This document shows positions 10,144 through 21,893 of a stretch of DNA of 61,122 nucleotides, piece after piece. The stretch comes from Candidatus Nanopelagicales bacterium (GTDB lineage Bacteria; Actinomycetota; Actinomycetes; S36-B12). The position numbers and the translations under genes were made by a program. The stretch lies in the NCBI GenBank assembly GCA_049431945.1, contig JBMTDJ010000005.1:1-61122 (forward strand), written 5' to 3'. The notes below the pieces were generated by a model, which saw only the letters and a list, made by a program, of their open reading frames with translations, did not search any database and had not been told where the DNA came from. Numbering within the stretch: the stretch's first letter is position 1; every line of letters begins with the position of its first letter.

Positions 10144-10997
10144 CAGACCTCGCCCACCCGAGCCCGGGTGCTGGCGCCGCCGACATGCCCCCGCAAGGCC
10201 TCGCGCACGGCCGTGACGGAGTGGAAGAAGTCCTCCGACTCGCGCGTGTCTTCATCGCGCGCGTCACCGAGAGGGATCGGGACGATGTCGGTGATGCGCC
10301 CAGGACGAGGGGACATCACGACGACCCGATCGGAGAGGTAGACCGCCTCGGGAATCGAGTGCGTGACGAAGATGATCGACTTGCCCGTCTCGCGGCGGAT
10401 CCGCAGCAGTTCGTTCTGCATCCGCTCGCGAGTCATCTCGTCGAGAGCGCCGAAGGGCTCGTCCATGAGCAGGAGCGGCGGGTCGACCGCGAGGGATCGG
10501 GCGATCGCCACCCGCTGCTGCATGCCACCGGACAGCTGCCAGGGCCGATGCTCGGCGAAGTCCGCGAGCTGAACCATGTCAAGGAGCTCCATGGAGCGCT
10601 GCTGCCGCTTGTCCTTGCCCCACCCCATGAGCTCCAGAGGCAACTCCACGTTCTTGCGGACGGTGCGCCAATCGAACAGGGCGGCCTGCTGGAAGGCCAT
10701 GCCGTACAGCTGCTTCTGGCGCGCCTCGTGAGGCGTCACGCCCGCCACGAGCATCTCGCCCCGCGTGGCATCGGTGAGGTCGGCGATCACCCTGAGGAGG
10801 GTCGACTTGCCGCAGCCCGAAGGACCGATCAGGGAGACGAACTCGCCCGAGTCGACGGAGAGGTTGACGTCCTGCAGTGCCGTCACTTCGCCGGACTGGC
10901 CCTCGTTGAAGACCTTCCAGATGCCCTGGGCCTGGACGGCGAGGGGGCCCGGCGGGTCGGCCAAGCCGCCCCTGTCGGGCTGTGTCGCATTGCTCAT
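10143..10997 (-). CDS. ABC transporter ATP-binding protein (SsuB/TauB type)
   Basis: GPSGCGKST, LSGGMQQR, LLMDEPFGALD, VTH. Confidence 0.93.
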   Translation of the reverse strand: MSNATQPDRGGLADPPGPLAVQAQGIWKVFNEGQSGEVTALQDVNLSVDSGEFVSLIGPSGCGKSTLLRVIADLTDATRGEMLVAGVTPHEARQKQLYGMAFQQAALFDWRTVRKNVELPLELMGWGKDKRQQRSMELLDMVQLADFAEHRPWQLSGGMQQRVAIARSLAVDPPLLLMDEPFGALDEMTRERMQNELLRIRRETGKSIIFVTHSIPEAVYLSDRVVVMSPRPGRITDIVPIPLGDARDEDTRESEDFFHSVTAVREALRGHVGGASTRARVGEV

Positions 10998-11899
10998 GCG
11001 CTCTTCTCCTTGGGCAGGTGGCGGGTGAGGTAGACGTCAAGCGCCGCGACAAGGGCGGCTACCAGGAGGCCCATGGCCAGGGCGCCGAATACCGCGACGT
11101 AGACCTTGGAGGGCTGCGAGGTGATCTGGCGGGCGTACTCGATGAGCAGGCGGCCGATGCCACCGCGCACTCCGGTGGAGATCTCCGCAACCACCGTTCC
11201 AACGACGGCGGCCGCGGCCGAGACCTTCAGCGCTGGCACGAGGTAGGGGATCGATGCGGGGAATCGCAGCTTGCGGGTCATCTGCCCAGGGGTGGCTCCG
11301 TAAGAACGCATGAGTTCCAGTGCGGTGGCGGAAGGGGCCTGCAGGCCGCGCAGGGCGCCTACGGATACGGGGAAGAACGCGAGATAGGCGGCGATGAACA
11401 TGACCGAGTACGTCGTGTTCCACTGGACGGGCCCGATCGAGATGCGGTTGCCGATGCCCACGATGAGCGGTGCGAGGGCGATCAGCGGGACGGTCTGCGA
11501 GGCGATGACGAAGGGGAGTAGCCCGCGCTCCATGAAGAGGAACCGCTGCATGATGACGGCGAGCAGCAGGCCCACCCCGGCGCCGATGACGAAACCGCCC
11601 GCGGCGAGCAGCAGGGAGCGGAACGTCGCGGACATGACCGCTTGCAGGACAGTAGTGTCCGAGCCGCGCACCTCAGGCTCGCCCATGGCCGACACCATCG
11701 TCCAGACGTGCGGCATCGTCATGTCCGATGTGTTGAGGGGCAGGCTCACCACGGTGCCCAGCCACTTCACGAGTTCCCACATGAGGACAGCGATGGCGAT
11801 CCCCGCGAGGGCCCACAGCAGGCTAACCGCGCCGTTGCGCAGCCGACGGCCTACGCCGCGCGAGCGGCGGGGCCGCTCGAGCGATGCCGTACTGCTCAC
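10994..11899 (-). CDS. ABC transporter permease (SsuC/TauC type)
   Basis: Multi-TM; SQTVPLIALAP, FFP, KLRFPASIP, VVAEI...GGIG. Confidence 0.88.
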   Translation of the reverse strand: MSSTASLERPRRSRGVGRRLRNGAVSLLWALAGIAIAVLMWELVKWLGTVVSLPLNTSDMTMPHVWTMVSAMGEPEVRGSDTTVLQAVMSATFRSLLLAAGGFVIGAGVGLLLAVIMQRFLFMERGLLPFVIASQTVPLIALAPLIVGIGNRISIGPVQWNTTYSVMFIAAYLAFFPVSVGALRGLQAPSATALELMRSYGATPGQMTRKLRFPASIPYLVPALKVSAAAAVVGTVVAEISTGVRGGIGRLLIEYARQITSQPSKVYVAVFGALAMGLLVAALVAALDVYLTRHLPKEKSA

Positions 11900-11928
11900 C
11901 GTGAACTCCTCCCTGCGCGAGCGAGCGG

Positions 11929-12945
11929 CTAGGACTTGGCCAGCACGGTCTCGGAGACGGCGGGAATGATCCTCTCGCCGTACTCCAAGAGTGTGTGGTC
12001 CTTGTCGTCGTGCTGGAGGTAGACGGCGAACTGGTCAACCCCCAGTGCCTTAAGCTCCTCGATCCTGCGAACGTGCTCCTCGACCGGGCCGATGATGCAG
12101 AAGCGGTCGATGATCTCGTCCGGCACGAAGTCGGTGTGGGTGTTGCCCGCGCGACCATGCTCGTTGTAGTCGTAGCCCTGCCGGTTCTTGATGTAGTCGG
12201 TCAAGGCCGACGGCACGCCGCCGCCCTCGCCGTATCGGTCGACAATGTCGGCGACATGATTGCCGACCATTCCGCCGAACCAGCGAAGCTGATCGCGAGC
12301 GTGCGGCACGTCGTCAGTGACGTAGGCCGGCGCTGCCACGCAGATGTAGACGTCGTCGGGATTACGACCGGCATCCGCAGCTGCCTTTCGGACTGCCTCG
12401 ATGGTCCAGGCGGCGATCTGTGGATCAGCCAACTGCAGGATGAATCCGTCGCCCACCTCACCGGTGAGCGCGAGGACCTTGGGGCCGTAGGCCGCGACGA
12501 AGACGCTCGTGTGGCTGTCCTCGGCCCATGGGAGACGAATGTTGCTGCCCTTGTACTCAATCGGCCGTCCGTTGGTGAGGTCCTTCAATTGCACGACGGC
12601 TTCGCGCAGTTCCGCAACGCTGACCGGCTTGCCGTTCGTGACGCGGACCGCGGAGTCACCGCGGCCGATCCCAATCACGGTGCGGTCGCCGTACATCTCG
12701 TTGAGGGTGGCGAAGACGGACGCGGTTACCGTGATGTCTCGGGTGGCCGGATTCGTCACCATCGGCCCGACGATGACCTTGCGGGTTTCGTCGAGGATCT
12801 TCGAGTAGATGACGTACGGCTCCTCCCACAGGATGTGGGAGTCGAAGGTCCACACGTAGTCGAAGCCCAGCGTCTCAGCACGCCGAGCGAGGTCGATGAC
12901 GCGTGATGCCGGGGGAGTGCACTGCAGGACGACGCCGATATCCAT
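11929..12945 (-). CDS. LLM-class putative F420-dependent oxidoreductase (resembles the TIGR03842 family)
   Basis: Start placed at ATG 12945: MDIGVVLQCTPPASRVIDLARRAETLGFDYVWTFDSHILWEEP, GPMVTNPATR, GIGRGDS, AAYGPK; luciferase-like TIM barrel. Confidence 0.8.
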   Translation of the reverse strand: MDIGVVLQCTPPASRVIDLARRAETLGFDYVWTFDSHILWEEPYVIYSKILDETRKVIVGPMVTNPATRDITVTASVFATLNEMYGDRTVIGIGRGDSAVRVTNGKPVSVAELREAVVQLKDLTNGRPIEYKGSNIRLPWAEDSHTSVFVAAYGPKVLALTGEVGDGFILQLADPQIAAWTIEAVRKAAADAGRNPDDVYICVAAPAYVTDDVPHARDQLRWFGGMVGNHVADIVDRYGEGGGVPSALTDYIKNRQGYDYNEHGRAGNTHTDFVPDEIIDRFCIIGPVEEHVRRIEELKALGVDQFAVYLQHDDKDHTLLEYGERIIPAVSETVLAKS

Positions 12946-12964
12946 GTCTGTGATCTGCCCTTCG

Positions 12965-14452
<1,488 letters not shown>

Positions 14453-14488
14453 GTGCTACTCCGCTCGTTTGCTGTGACGTGGAATCGG

Positions 14489-15901
14489 TCAGATGAGGTA
14501 CTGCGAGAGGCCGCGCTTGAGGTAGCGGCCGCGACCCTTGGTTCCGTGGAAGCCCTGATCGTCGACGAGGACCTCGCCGCGGGACATGACGACGTCGACG
14601 TGTCCGTCGATCTCGTAGCCCTCCCAGGCGCTGTGGTCCATGTTCATGTGATGGGTCTTGTCGTACCCGATGCTCGTGTGTCCATTCGGGTCATACACGA
14701 CGATGTCCGCATCCGACCCGGGGGCGATGGCGCCCTTCTTCGGGTAGAGCCCGAACATCCGAGCAGGCGTCGTGGATGTGATCTCCACCCATCGCTCGAC
14801 GCTGAGCTGCCCGTCGACGACCCCCTGGTAGATGAGGTCCATGCGGTGCTCGACTGACCCGATGCCATTGGGGATCTTGGAGAAGTCGCCGAGACCGAGC
14901 TCCTTTTGCTCCTTGAAGCAGAAGGGGCAGTGGTCGGTGCTCACGATCGACAGGTCGTTGGTGCGCAGATAGCGCCAGAGCTCGTCCTGGTGCCCCTCCT
15001 CACGAGAGCGGAGCGGGGTGGAGCAGACCCACTTGGCGCCCTCGAAACCCGGAGCACCGAGTTGCTCCTCGAGGGACAGGTAGAGGTACTGCGGGCAGGT
15101 CTCGCCGAAGACGTTGAGTCCGAGGTCGCGGGCCTCCTGCAACGTCTGCACCGCTTGCTTGGCGGACATGTGGACGATGTAGAGCGGGGCTCCGGTGATT
15201 CGCGCGAGCATGATCGCGCGATGTGTCGCCTCCTCCTCCGTCTCCCAGGGGCGTGTCAGCCCATGGTTGATCGGGGCCGTCTCACCTCGGGCGAGGGCCT
15301 GCGCGACGAGCACGTCGATCGCGATGCCGTTCTCGGCGTGCATCATGATCATCGACCCGTTGTTCTTGGCCTGCTGCATGGCGCGAAGGATCTGGCCGTC
15401 GTCGCTGTAGAAGACGCCCGGATAGGCCATGAAGAGCTTGAAGCTCGTCACGCCTTCGTCGACCAGTTCGTCCATCGCCTTGAGGGAGTCATCGTCGACG
15501 CCGCCGATGATCTGATGGAAGCCGTAGTCGATGAGGCAGTTGCCGTCGGCTTTGGCGTGCCACGCGGCGAGGCCGTCCTGTACGCGCTCGCCGTAGCGTT
15601 GCACGGCGAAGTCGATGATCGTCGTCGTGCCACCCCACGCGGCTGCGCGCGTGCCGGTCTCGAAGGTGTCGGATGCAAACGTGCCACCGAACGGCAATTC
15701 CATGTGAGTGTGGGCATCGATGCCGCCGGGGATGACGTACTTGCCCGTGGCGTCGATGACGCGATCGACCTTGCCGGCGAGTTCGTCCGACGCTGCGCCT
15801 GGAGCAAGCAGCGCTGAGATGGTCTCGCCGTCGACGAGCACATCTGTCACGGTCATGCCCTGCGGGGTGACGACCGATCCGCCTTGAATGAGGGTGCGCA
15901 T
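14489..15901 (-). CDS. hydA: Dihydropyrimidinase (D-hydantoinase)
   Basis: Start placed at ATG 15901 (MRTLIQGG); PGGIDAHTH, GGTTTIIDF, SFKLFMAY, HAENG, STDHCPF, KIPNG. Confidence 0.93.
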   Translation of the reverse strand: MRTLIQGGSVVTPQGMTVTDVLVDGETISALLAPGAASDELAGKVDRVIDATGKYVIPGGIDAHTHMELPFGGTFASDTFETGTRAAAWGGTTTIIDFAVQRYGERVQDGLAAWHAKADGNCLIDYGFHQIIGGVDDDSLKAMDELVDEGVTSFKLFMAYPGVFYSDDGQILRAMQQAKNNGSMIMMHAENGIAIDVLVAQALARGETAPINHGLTRPWETEEEATHRAIMLARITGAPLYIVHMSAKQAVQTLQEARDLGLNVFGETCPQYLYLSLEEQLGAPGFEGAKWVCSTPLRSREEGHQDELWRYLRTNDLSIVSTDHCPFCFKEQKELGLGDFSKIPNGIGSVEHRMDLIYQGVVDGQLSVERWVEITSTTPARMFGLYPKKGAIAPGSDADIVVYDPNGHTSIGYDKTHHMNMDHSAWEGYEIDGHVDVVMSRGEVLVDDQGFHGTKGRGRYLKRGLSQYLI

Positions 15902-15924
15902 GTCAGCCTCCTGTGTGTCGGGAA

Positions 15925-16764
15925 TCAGGCGCGAGTGAGGTCGCCGTAGGCGTCCGGTCGACGATCGCGATAGAACGCCCACCGGTTGCGCACCTCTGCG
16001 AGCAGGTCCATGTCGAGGTCGCGGACGACAAGTTCGGGCTTGTAGGGGTCGGCAGGCTCGCCCACGAACTTGCCCTCGGGATCGACGAAGTAGCTGGTCC
16101 CGTAGAAGTCGTTGTCGCCGATCTCGGACTCGATGCCCACGCGGTTGATTGCGCCGACGAAGTACTCGTTGGCGACGGCCGAGGCGGGTTGCTCCAACTG
16201 CCAGAGGTACGCAGAGAGGCCACGGTGCGTGGCCGACGGATTGAAGACGATCTGGGCGCCGTTGAGACCCAGTGCGCGCCAGCCCTCGGGGAAGTGCCGG
16301 TCGTAGCAGATGTAGACGCCGACGGGGCCGACAGCTGTCTGGAAGACGGGGTAGCCGAGGTTGCCGGGACGGAAGTAGAACTTCTCCCAGAAGCCCTTGA
16401 CCTGCGGGATGTGGTTCTTGCGGTACTTGCCGAGGTAGGTGCCATCGGCATCGACGACCGCGGCGGTGTTGTAGAGGATGCCGGGCTGCTCCTCCTCGTA
16501 CATCGGGAGCACGAGCACCATGCCGAGCTCGGCCGCGAGGGCCTGGAAGCGCTCCGTGGTGGGTCCGGGAATGGACTCCGCGTACTCGTAGTACTTCGCA
16601 TCCTGCACCTGGCAGAAGTACGGGCCATAGAAAAGCTCCTGGAAGCACATGACCTTCGCGCCCTGCGCGGCCGCCTGCCGCGCGTACTCCTCGTGGGCGA
16701 CGATCATGGACTCCTTGTCGCCCGTCCAGTTGGTCTGGACAAGGGCTGCCCGCACGACGGACAT
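15925..16764 (-). CDS. Nitrilase-superfamily carbon-nitrogen hydrolase, probable beta-ureidopropionase
   Basis: E-K-C triad (QELF, YRKNHIP, ICYDRHFPE), FWEKFYFRPGN; adjacent to dihydropyrimidinase. Confidence 0.85.
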   Translation of the reverse strand: MSVVRAALVQTNWTGDKESMIVAHEEYARQAAAQGAKVMCFQELFYGPYFCQVQDAKYYEYAESIPGPTTERFQALAAELGMVLVLPMYEEEQPGILYNTAAVVDADGTYLGKYRKNHIPQVKGFWEKFYFRPGNLGYPVFQTAVGPVGVYICYDRHFPEGWRALGLNGAQIVFNPSATHRGLSAYLWQLEQPASAVANEYFVGAINRVGIESEIGDNDFYGTSYFVDPEGKFVGEPADPYKPELVVRDLDMDLLAEVRNRWAFYRDRRPDAYGDLTRA

Positions 16765-17038
16765 GGCACCTCCACGTGGCTCTCGGCGAAGGCCGAGGAC
16801 CCGGACTTCCCGGGACGGATCCTCACACTAGACCCGTACGTGGCGCCCGGTGAGGAGACCGGGCGAATCGCCCGTTCTGTCGTCCATGACCGCTCTGCCG
16901 CCGCGGATGTCGGAGTCCGCCAGCAGGCGTAGCGGTGACATCTGAGTCCCACCGGGTCGCCCCACGGGTACGGCGGGGGCCGCTAGTGTGGAGCGATCGC
17001 CCGAGCGACGAGGCGCGGGCCGCACTCGGGAGGTGATC

Positions 17039-18541
17039 GTGGTCGCGGGATTCATCGACGGGGCCCCCGTAGCCGCCGGCTCGGCCGGCACCTTTGATGT
17101 CATCGATCCTTCCGATGGCACCGTGGTGCAGACCGTGGGTCTCGCGGGTCCTACGGAGGTCGATAGCGCCGTCGCCGCAGCCAAGCGTGCTCAGCCCGAG
17201 TGGGCAGCGGCGACGCCGGCGGAGCGCGGGGCGGCACTGCTCGCGCTCGCGCAGCGCGTCGAGGCCAGGGCGGCGGAGTACGCCGAGGTCGAGTCCCGCC
17301 AGACCGGCAAGACGATCCGGCTGGCGACGGAGTTCGACGTCCCGGGCAGTATCGACAATGCCGTGTTCTTCGCCGGGGCCGCGCGTCAGCTCGAGGGGCT
17401 GGCGTCGGGGGAGTACGACGCGACGCACACCTCGGTGATCCGACGCGAGCCCGTGGGTGTGGTCGGCTCGATCGCCCCCTGGAACTACCCCCTGCAGATG
17501 GCCATGTGGAAGGTCCTCCCCGCGATTGCCGCAGGCAACACGATCGTGCTTAAGCCGGCGGAGATCACCCCGCTCACCACCCTCATGCTGGCCGAGGATG
17601 CGGCAGCCGCCGGAATCCCCGCGGGCGTCCTCAACGTCGTTGTCGGCCGTGGCCCCGAGGCTGGGGAGGCGCTCGTAAGCCATCCGGATGTCGCGATGGT
17701 GTCCTTCACCGGCTCGACGCCCGTAGGGCGGCGCGTCATGGAGCTCGCCGCGGGGCGGGCAGCCCGGGTCCATCTCGAGCTTGGGGGCAAGGCACCTTTC
17801 GTCGTGTACGACGACGCCGACATCGATGCGGCGATCCAGGGCGCGGTCGCTGGTGCCCTCATCAACGCGGGTCAGGACTGCACGGCTGCCACACGCATCT
17901 ACGCTCAGCGCGGGGTCTACGACGAGATCGTCGCGGGCGTGGCCGATCTGCTCGGCCGGGTCAGGGTCGGGGATCCGCGCGATCCCGCGACGGACCTCGG
18001 GCCCCTCGTCTCCTTCGCGCAGCGTGATCGCGTCGCGGGGTTCGTCGATCGGGCTCGCGGTGTTGGCGCCGAGGTCCGGGCCGGTGGCGTGATCCCCGGC
18101 GGCGACCTGGCCAAAGGTGCCTACTACGCCCCGACCCTGGTCACTGGGGCGGCCCAGGACGCCGAAATCGTCCAGGAGGAGATCTTCGGGCCGGTACTCG
18201 TCGCGCTGCCCTTCGACTCCGACGTTGAGGGCATCGACCTGGCCAATGACACCCGTTACGGCCTCGCGGCCTCGGTGTGGTCTCGGGATGTCTTCCGCAC
18301 GATGGGGGCACAACGGGCAATTCGGGCAGGGACCGTCTGGGTCAACGATCACATCCCCATCGTGAGCGAGATGCCCCATGGAGGGATGAAGCAATCCGGC
18401 TTCGGGAAGGACATGTCGAAGTACTCCCTCGAGGAATACACGGTGGTCAAGCATGTCTCGTGGGATATCTCAGGGGAGCCGCGCAAGGAGTGGCATCGCA
18501 CGATCTTCACCGATACCGGTCCGGCCCCGGCGGGGCGGTGA
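17039..18541 (+). CDS. Second gamma-aminobutyraldehyde/aminoaldehyde dehydrogenase
   Basis: [38 protein letters not shown]. Start placed at GTG 17039 after GGAGG. Confidence 0.85.
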   Translation: MVAGFIDGAPVAAGSAGTFDVIDPSDGTVVQTVGLAGPTEVDSAVAAAKRAQPEWAAATPAERGAALLALAQRVEARAAEYAEVESRQTGKTIRLATEFDVPGSIDNAVFFAGAARQLEGLASGEYDATHTSVIRREPVGVVGSIAPWNYPLQMAMWKVLPAIAAGNTIVLKPAEITPLTTLMLAEDAAAAGIPAGVLNVVVGRGPEAGEALVSHPDVAMVSFTGSTPVGRRVMELAAGRAARVHLELGGKAPFVVYDDADIDAAIQGAVAGALINAGQDCTAATRIYAQRGVYDEIVAGVADLLGRVRVGDPRDPATDLGPLVSFAQRDRVAGFVDRARGVGAEVRAGGVIPGGDLAKGAYYAPTLVTGAAQDAEIVQEEIFGPVLVALPFDSDVEGIDLANDTRYGLAASVWSRDVFRTMGAQRAIRAGTVWVNDHIPIVSEMPHGGMKQSGFGKDMSKYSLEEYTVVKHVSWDISGEPRKEWHRTIFTDTGPAPAGR

Positions 18542-18620
18542 GGCACCCCTTCCGGGGTTCCGCGTTAGCATCAGTCAGGAGCCAGGCGAGCGACCGCTCG
18601 ACGAACACGAGGAGTATGAG

Positions 18621-19847
18621 ATGACGAAGCGCCCCTTGTCCCCGCAGGCTGCCGCGATTGTGGCCATGTCCCGGTCCAGCCTGTCGCGCCGCCGGCTCCT
18701 TCAGGTGGCGGGCATCACGGGCGTGGCTGCTACGGCCGCCGCATGCGGTGCCGGGGGTGGTTCGAGCGACGAGAGCAGCGCCGCTCCCTCCCCGACGCAG
18801 GCATCGGATCTGTCCGACTCCGAGAAGTTCGTCAATTGGGCCAACTGGCCGCTCTACATCGACGTCAACGACGAGACCGGCGCGTACCCCACGCTCGAGG
18901 CGTTCACGGCCACGACGGGCATCGACGTCAACTACACCGAGGACGTCAACGACAACAACGAGTTCTACGCCAAGGTGCGCGCCCAGCTCGAGGCTGGCCA
19001 GTCGATCGATCGCGACATCGTCGTCCTGACTGACTGGATGGCAGCGCTGTGGATCAACAATGGCTTCGCAGCCAAGTTCGACAAGGCCCTGATTCCCAAC
19101 GCCGCCAACCTCGAGCCGGCGTACAACGGCGTCGCCTTCGACCCCAACCGCGACTACACCCTGCCGTGGTTCTCCGGCTTCGGGGCGTTCGGCTGGAACA
19201 AGGCGGCGCTCCAGGAGACCCTGGGCACCGGCAGCCTGACGTCACTCGATCAGCTCTGGGACCCGGCGCTCAAGGGCCGCATCACCGTCCTGTCCGAGAT
19301 GCGCGACACGATGGGCATCATCATGGCGTGGCAGGGCGCTGACCCCTCCAACTTCACCGATGACCAGTACCAGGCGGGCATCGCCGAGCTGCAGAAGCAG
19401 ATCGACAGCGGGCAGATCCGCCAGGTGGCGGGTAACGACTACGTCGCCGCGCTCGAGACCGGCGACGTCATCGCCGTCATCGGCTGGTCCGGCGACATGT
19501 TCCAGCTCGGCGATGACTACGGCGTGGGCCTGCCCGAGAGCGGCGGCATGCTGTGGACGGACAACATGCTCATCCCGTCCGTTGCGACCCACAAGAAGAA
19601 TGCCGAGGCGGTCATGAACTACTACTACGACCCCGCCGTCGCCGCCGAGGTCGCCGCCTACGTCCAGTACATCTCCCCAGTTGCGGGCGCCAAGGAGGCC
19701 ATGGCCGACATCGATCCCACCCTGGTCGACAACCAGTGGATCTTCCCGGATCAGGCCACCCTCGATAACTCCTACGTCTTCATGACCTTGACGCCGGAGC
19801 AGGACGAGGCCTACCAGCGCGAGTTCCAGAAGGCCATCGGTCTGTAG
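18621..19847 (+). CDS. Spermidine/putrescine ABC transporter substrate-binding protein (PotD/PotF-like)
   Basis: ATG 18621; SRRRLL twin-arginine-like signal and AAAC lipobox; NWPLYID, WSGD, WTDNM. Confidence 0.88.
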   Translation: MTKRPLSPQAAAIVAMSRSSLSRRRLLQVAGITGVAATAAACGAGGGSSDESSAAPSPTQASDLSDSEKFVNWANWPLYIDVNDETGAYPTLEAFTATTGIDVNYTEDVNDNNEFYAKVRAQLEAGQSIDRDIVVLTDWMAALWINNGFAAKFDKALIPNAANLEPAYNGVAFDPNRDYTLPWFSGFGAFGWNKAALQETLGTGSLTSLDQLWDPALKGRITVLSEMRDTMGIIMAWQGADPSNFTDDQYQAGIAELQKQIDSGQIRQVAGNDYVAALETGDVIAVIGWSGDMFQLGDDYGVGLPESGGMLWTDNMLIPSVATHKKNAEAVMNYYYDPAVAAEVAAYVQYISPVAGAKEAMADIDPTLVDNQWIFPDQATLDNSYVFMTLTPEQDEAYQREFQKAIGL

Positions 19848-19888
19848 TCCGAGAGGCGTAGGCTGCCGGGTCGCAGGAGAGGAGAGCC

Positions 19889-20989
19889 GTGGCGGCCAAT
19901 GATGGAGTTCAGGATCTGCACCTGGTCAACCTGGTCAAGTCCTTCGGTGACTTCGTTGCCGTCGACGATCTGACCCTGACTATTCCCGCGGGGTCGTTCT
20001 TCGCCCTCTTGGGGCCGTCAGGGTGCGGCAAGACCACGACCCTCCGCATGGTGGCCGGACTCGAGGATCCGACGAGCGGGCAGATCATGCTCGGCTCGAC
20101 GGACATCACGAATGAGAAGCCGTACAAGAGGCATGTCAATACGGTCTTCCAGTCGTATGCGCTCTTCCCGCACCTGGACATCTTCGAGAACGTCGCGTTC
20201 GGTCTGCGCCGCCGCGGCATCAAGGATGTGACGGGTCCGGTCAATGCCATGCTGGATCTCGTCGAGCTCGGGCCGATGGCACGGCGCAAGCCAGCACAGC
20301 TGTCCGGTGGTCAGCAGCAGCGCGTGGCGGTCGCTCGCGCGCTGATCAACCAGCCGGGTGTGCTCCTGCTGGACGAGCCTCTCGGCGCCCTCGACCTCAA
20401 GTTGCGTCGACAGATGCAGATCGAGCTCAAGCGCATTCAGACCGAGGTGGGGACGACATTCGTCCATGTCACCCATGACCAGGAAGAGGCCATGACGATG
20501 GCCGACACGGTCGCGGTCATGAACAAGGGGCGCATTGAGCAGATGGGTGCCCCGGTCGACATCTATGAGCTGCCGCGCACCGCGTTCGTGGCCAACTTCC
20601 TGGGCCAGTCCAACACCGTGGCCGGCACCGTGTCCGGTAGGTCGGGCAGCGATTTGGTCGTCAACGCCTATGGCGCGTCGTTTACGGTTCCGTCCGCCCG
20701 GTCGACGCGGCAGGACGGCGCCATCCTCGTCGGGGTCCGACCCGAGAAGTTGTCGGTCGCCTCAGCTGGGGGCGCTGTTCCGGATCGCAGCAACAGGGTC
20801 ACCGGCAAGGTGACCGACGCCTCTTTCACGGGCGTGTCCACTCAGTACCTCGTCATGACCAGCTGGGGCGATGAGTGGACGGTGTTCGAGCAGAATAGGT
20901 CCGCGGACATCCTGCGCCCGGGCGACGAGGTGGTCATGCACTGGGCGCCTGAGCACACCTTCGGCCTCGACGTCCCGTCGGAGTCCTGA
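19889..20989 (+). CDS. potA: Polyamine ABC transporter ATP-binding protein (PotA-like)
   Basis: GPSGCGKTT, VFQSYALFPH, LSGGQQQR, LLLDEPLGALDLKLR, C-terminal TOBE-like region. Confidence 0.88.
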   Translation: MAANDGVQDLHLVNLVKSFGDFVAVDDLTLTIPAGSFFALLGPSGCGKTTTLRMVAGLEDPTSGQIMLGSTDITNEKPYKRHVNTVFQSYALFPHLDIFENVAFGLRRRGIKDVTGPVNAMLDLVELGPMARRKPAQLSGGQQQRVAVARALINQPGVLLLDEPLGALDLKLRRQMQIELKRIQTEVGTTFVHVTHDQEEAMTMADTVAVMNKGRIEQMGAPVDIYELPRTAFVANFLGQSNTVAGTVSGRSGSDLVVNAYGASFTVPSARSTRQDGAILVGVRPEKLSVASAGGAVPDRSNRVTGKVTDASFTGVSTQYLVMTSWGDEWTVFEQNRSADILRPGDEVVMHWAPEHTFGLDVPSES

Positions 20990-20990
20990 C

Positions 20991-21893
20991 ATGCCGGCAC
21001 TCGCCCCCAGCGCCGGAGGGTCTGCCGGTGTCGTCGTCTCGGGAGCTGCCGCCCAGCGGCGTCCGCGCACCGCGTATCTGCTGCTCATTCCCGGTATCGC
21101 CTGGCTGACGATCTTCTTCGTCGTCCCGCTCATCTCGCTGTTCTTCACCAGCCTCCAGGCACCCACCGGCAAGTCTGGCGTCTATCAGCCCGCCTTCGAG
21201 GTGTCGAACTACCTCGTCGCCATCCAGGAGTACTGGCCCACATTCGTCAAGTCCTTCATCTACTCCGGCATCGCGACGGTCCTCGCCCTGGTCATCGCCT
21301 ACCCCCTGGCCTACTTCATCGCCTTCCGCGCCGGCAAGTGGCGTGCGCTGCTCCTCGTGCTCGTCGTCGCGCCGTTCTTCGCGTCGTTCCTGCTTCGCAC
21401 ATACGCGTGGCGGACGATCCTGGCGGACGAGGGCTTCATCACCAGCTTCTTCAATGCCCTGCACCTGCTGCCGGAGAACCGCATTCTCAACACCCCGATC
21501 GCGGTCGTCCTCGGCCTGACATACAACTTCTTGCCCTTCATGATCCTGCCCCTCTACGCCGCACTCGAGCGCATCGACCCGCGTCTGATCGAGGCGGCCG
21601 GCGACCTCTATGCCTCGCCATTCACCGGCTTCCGCAAGGTCATCTGGCCCCTGAGCCTGCCGGGCGTCGTGGCGGGGACGCTGCTGACATTCATTCCCGC
21701 GTCAGGCGACTACATCAACGCCACCCTGCTCGGTGCTCCGAGCGATCGCATGGTGGGCAATGCGATCCAGACCAACTTCTTGCAGTTCCGCGACTACCCG
21801 ATCGCGAGCGCATTGTCGTTCATCCTCATGGCGATCATCCTCACCGTCGTCTTCGTGTATATCCGACGGGCCGGCACGGAGGATCTCGTCTGA
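20991..21893 (+). CDS. potB: Polyamine ABC transporter permease (PotB-like)
   Basis: AYPLAY, RTYAW, LPFMILPLY, EAAGDLYA (EAA loop). Confidence 0.85.
   Translation: MPALAPSAGGSAGVVVSGAAAQRRPRTAYLLLIPGIAWLTIFFVVPLISLFFTSLQAPTGKSGVYQPAFEVSNYLVAIQEYWPTFVKSFIYSGIATVLALVIAYPLAYFIAFRAGKWRALLLVLVVAPFFASFLLRTYAWRTILADEGFITSFFNALHLLPENRILNTPIAVVLGLTYNFLPFMILPLYAALERIDPRLIEAAGDLYASPFTGFRKVIWPLSLPGVVAGTLLTFIPASGDYINATLLGAPSDRMVGNAIQTNFLQFRDYPIASALSFILMAIILTVVFVYIRRAGTEDLV

Noticed and set aside
14489..16648. 719-aa ORF suggesting a nitrilase-dihydropyrimidinase fusion
   Set aside because: The extension overlaps the nitrilase gene in a different frame and reads as low-complexity Arg/Pro/Gly; the hydA start is at 15901 with an RBS.
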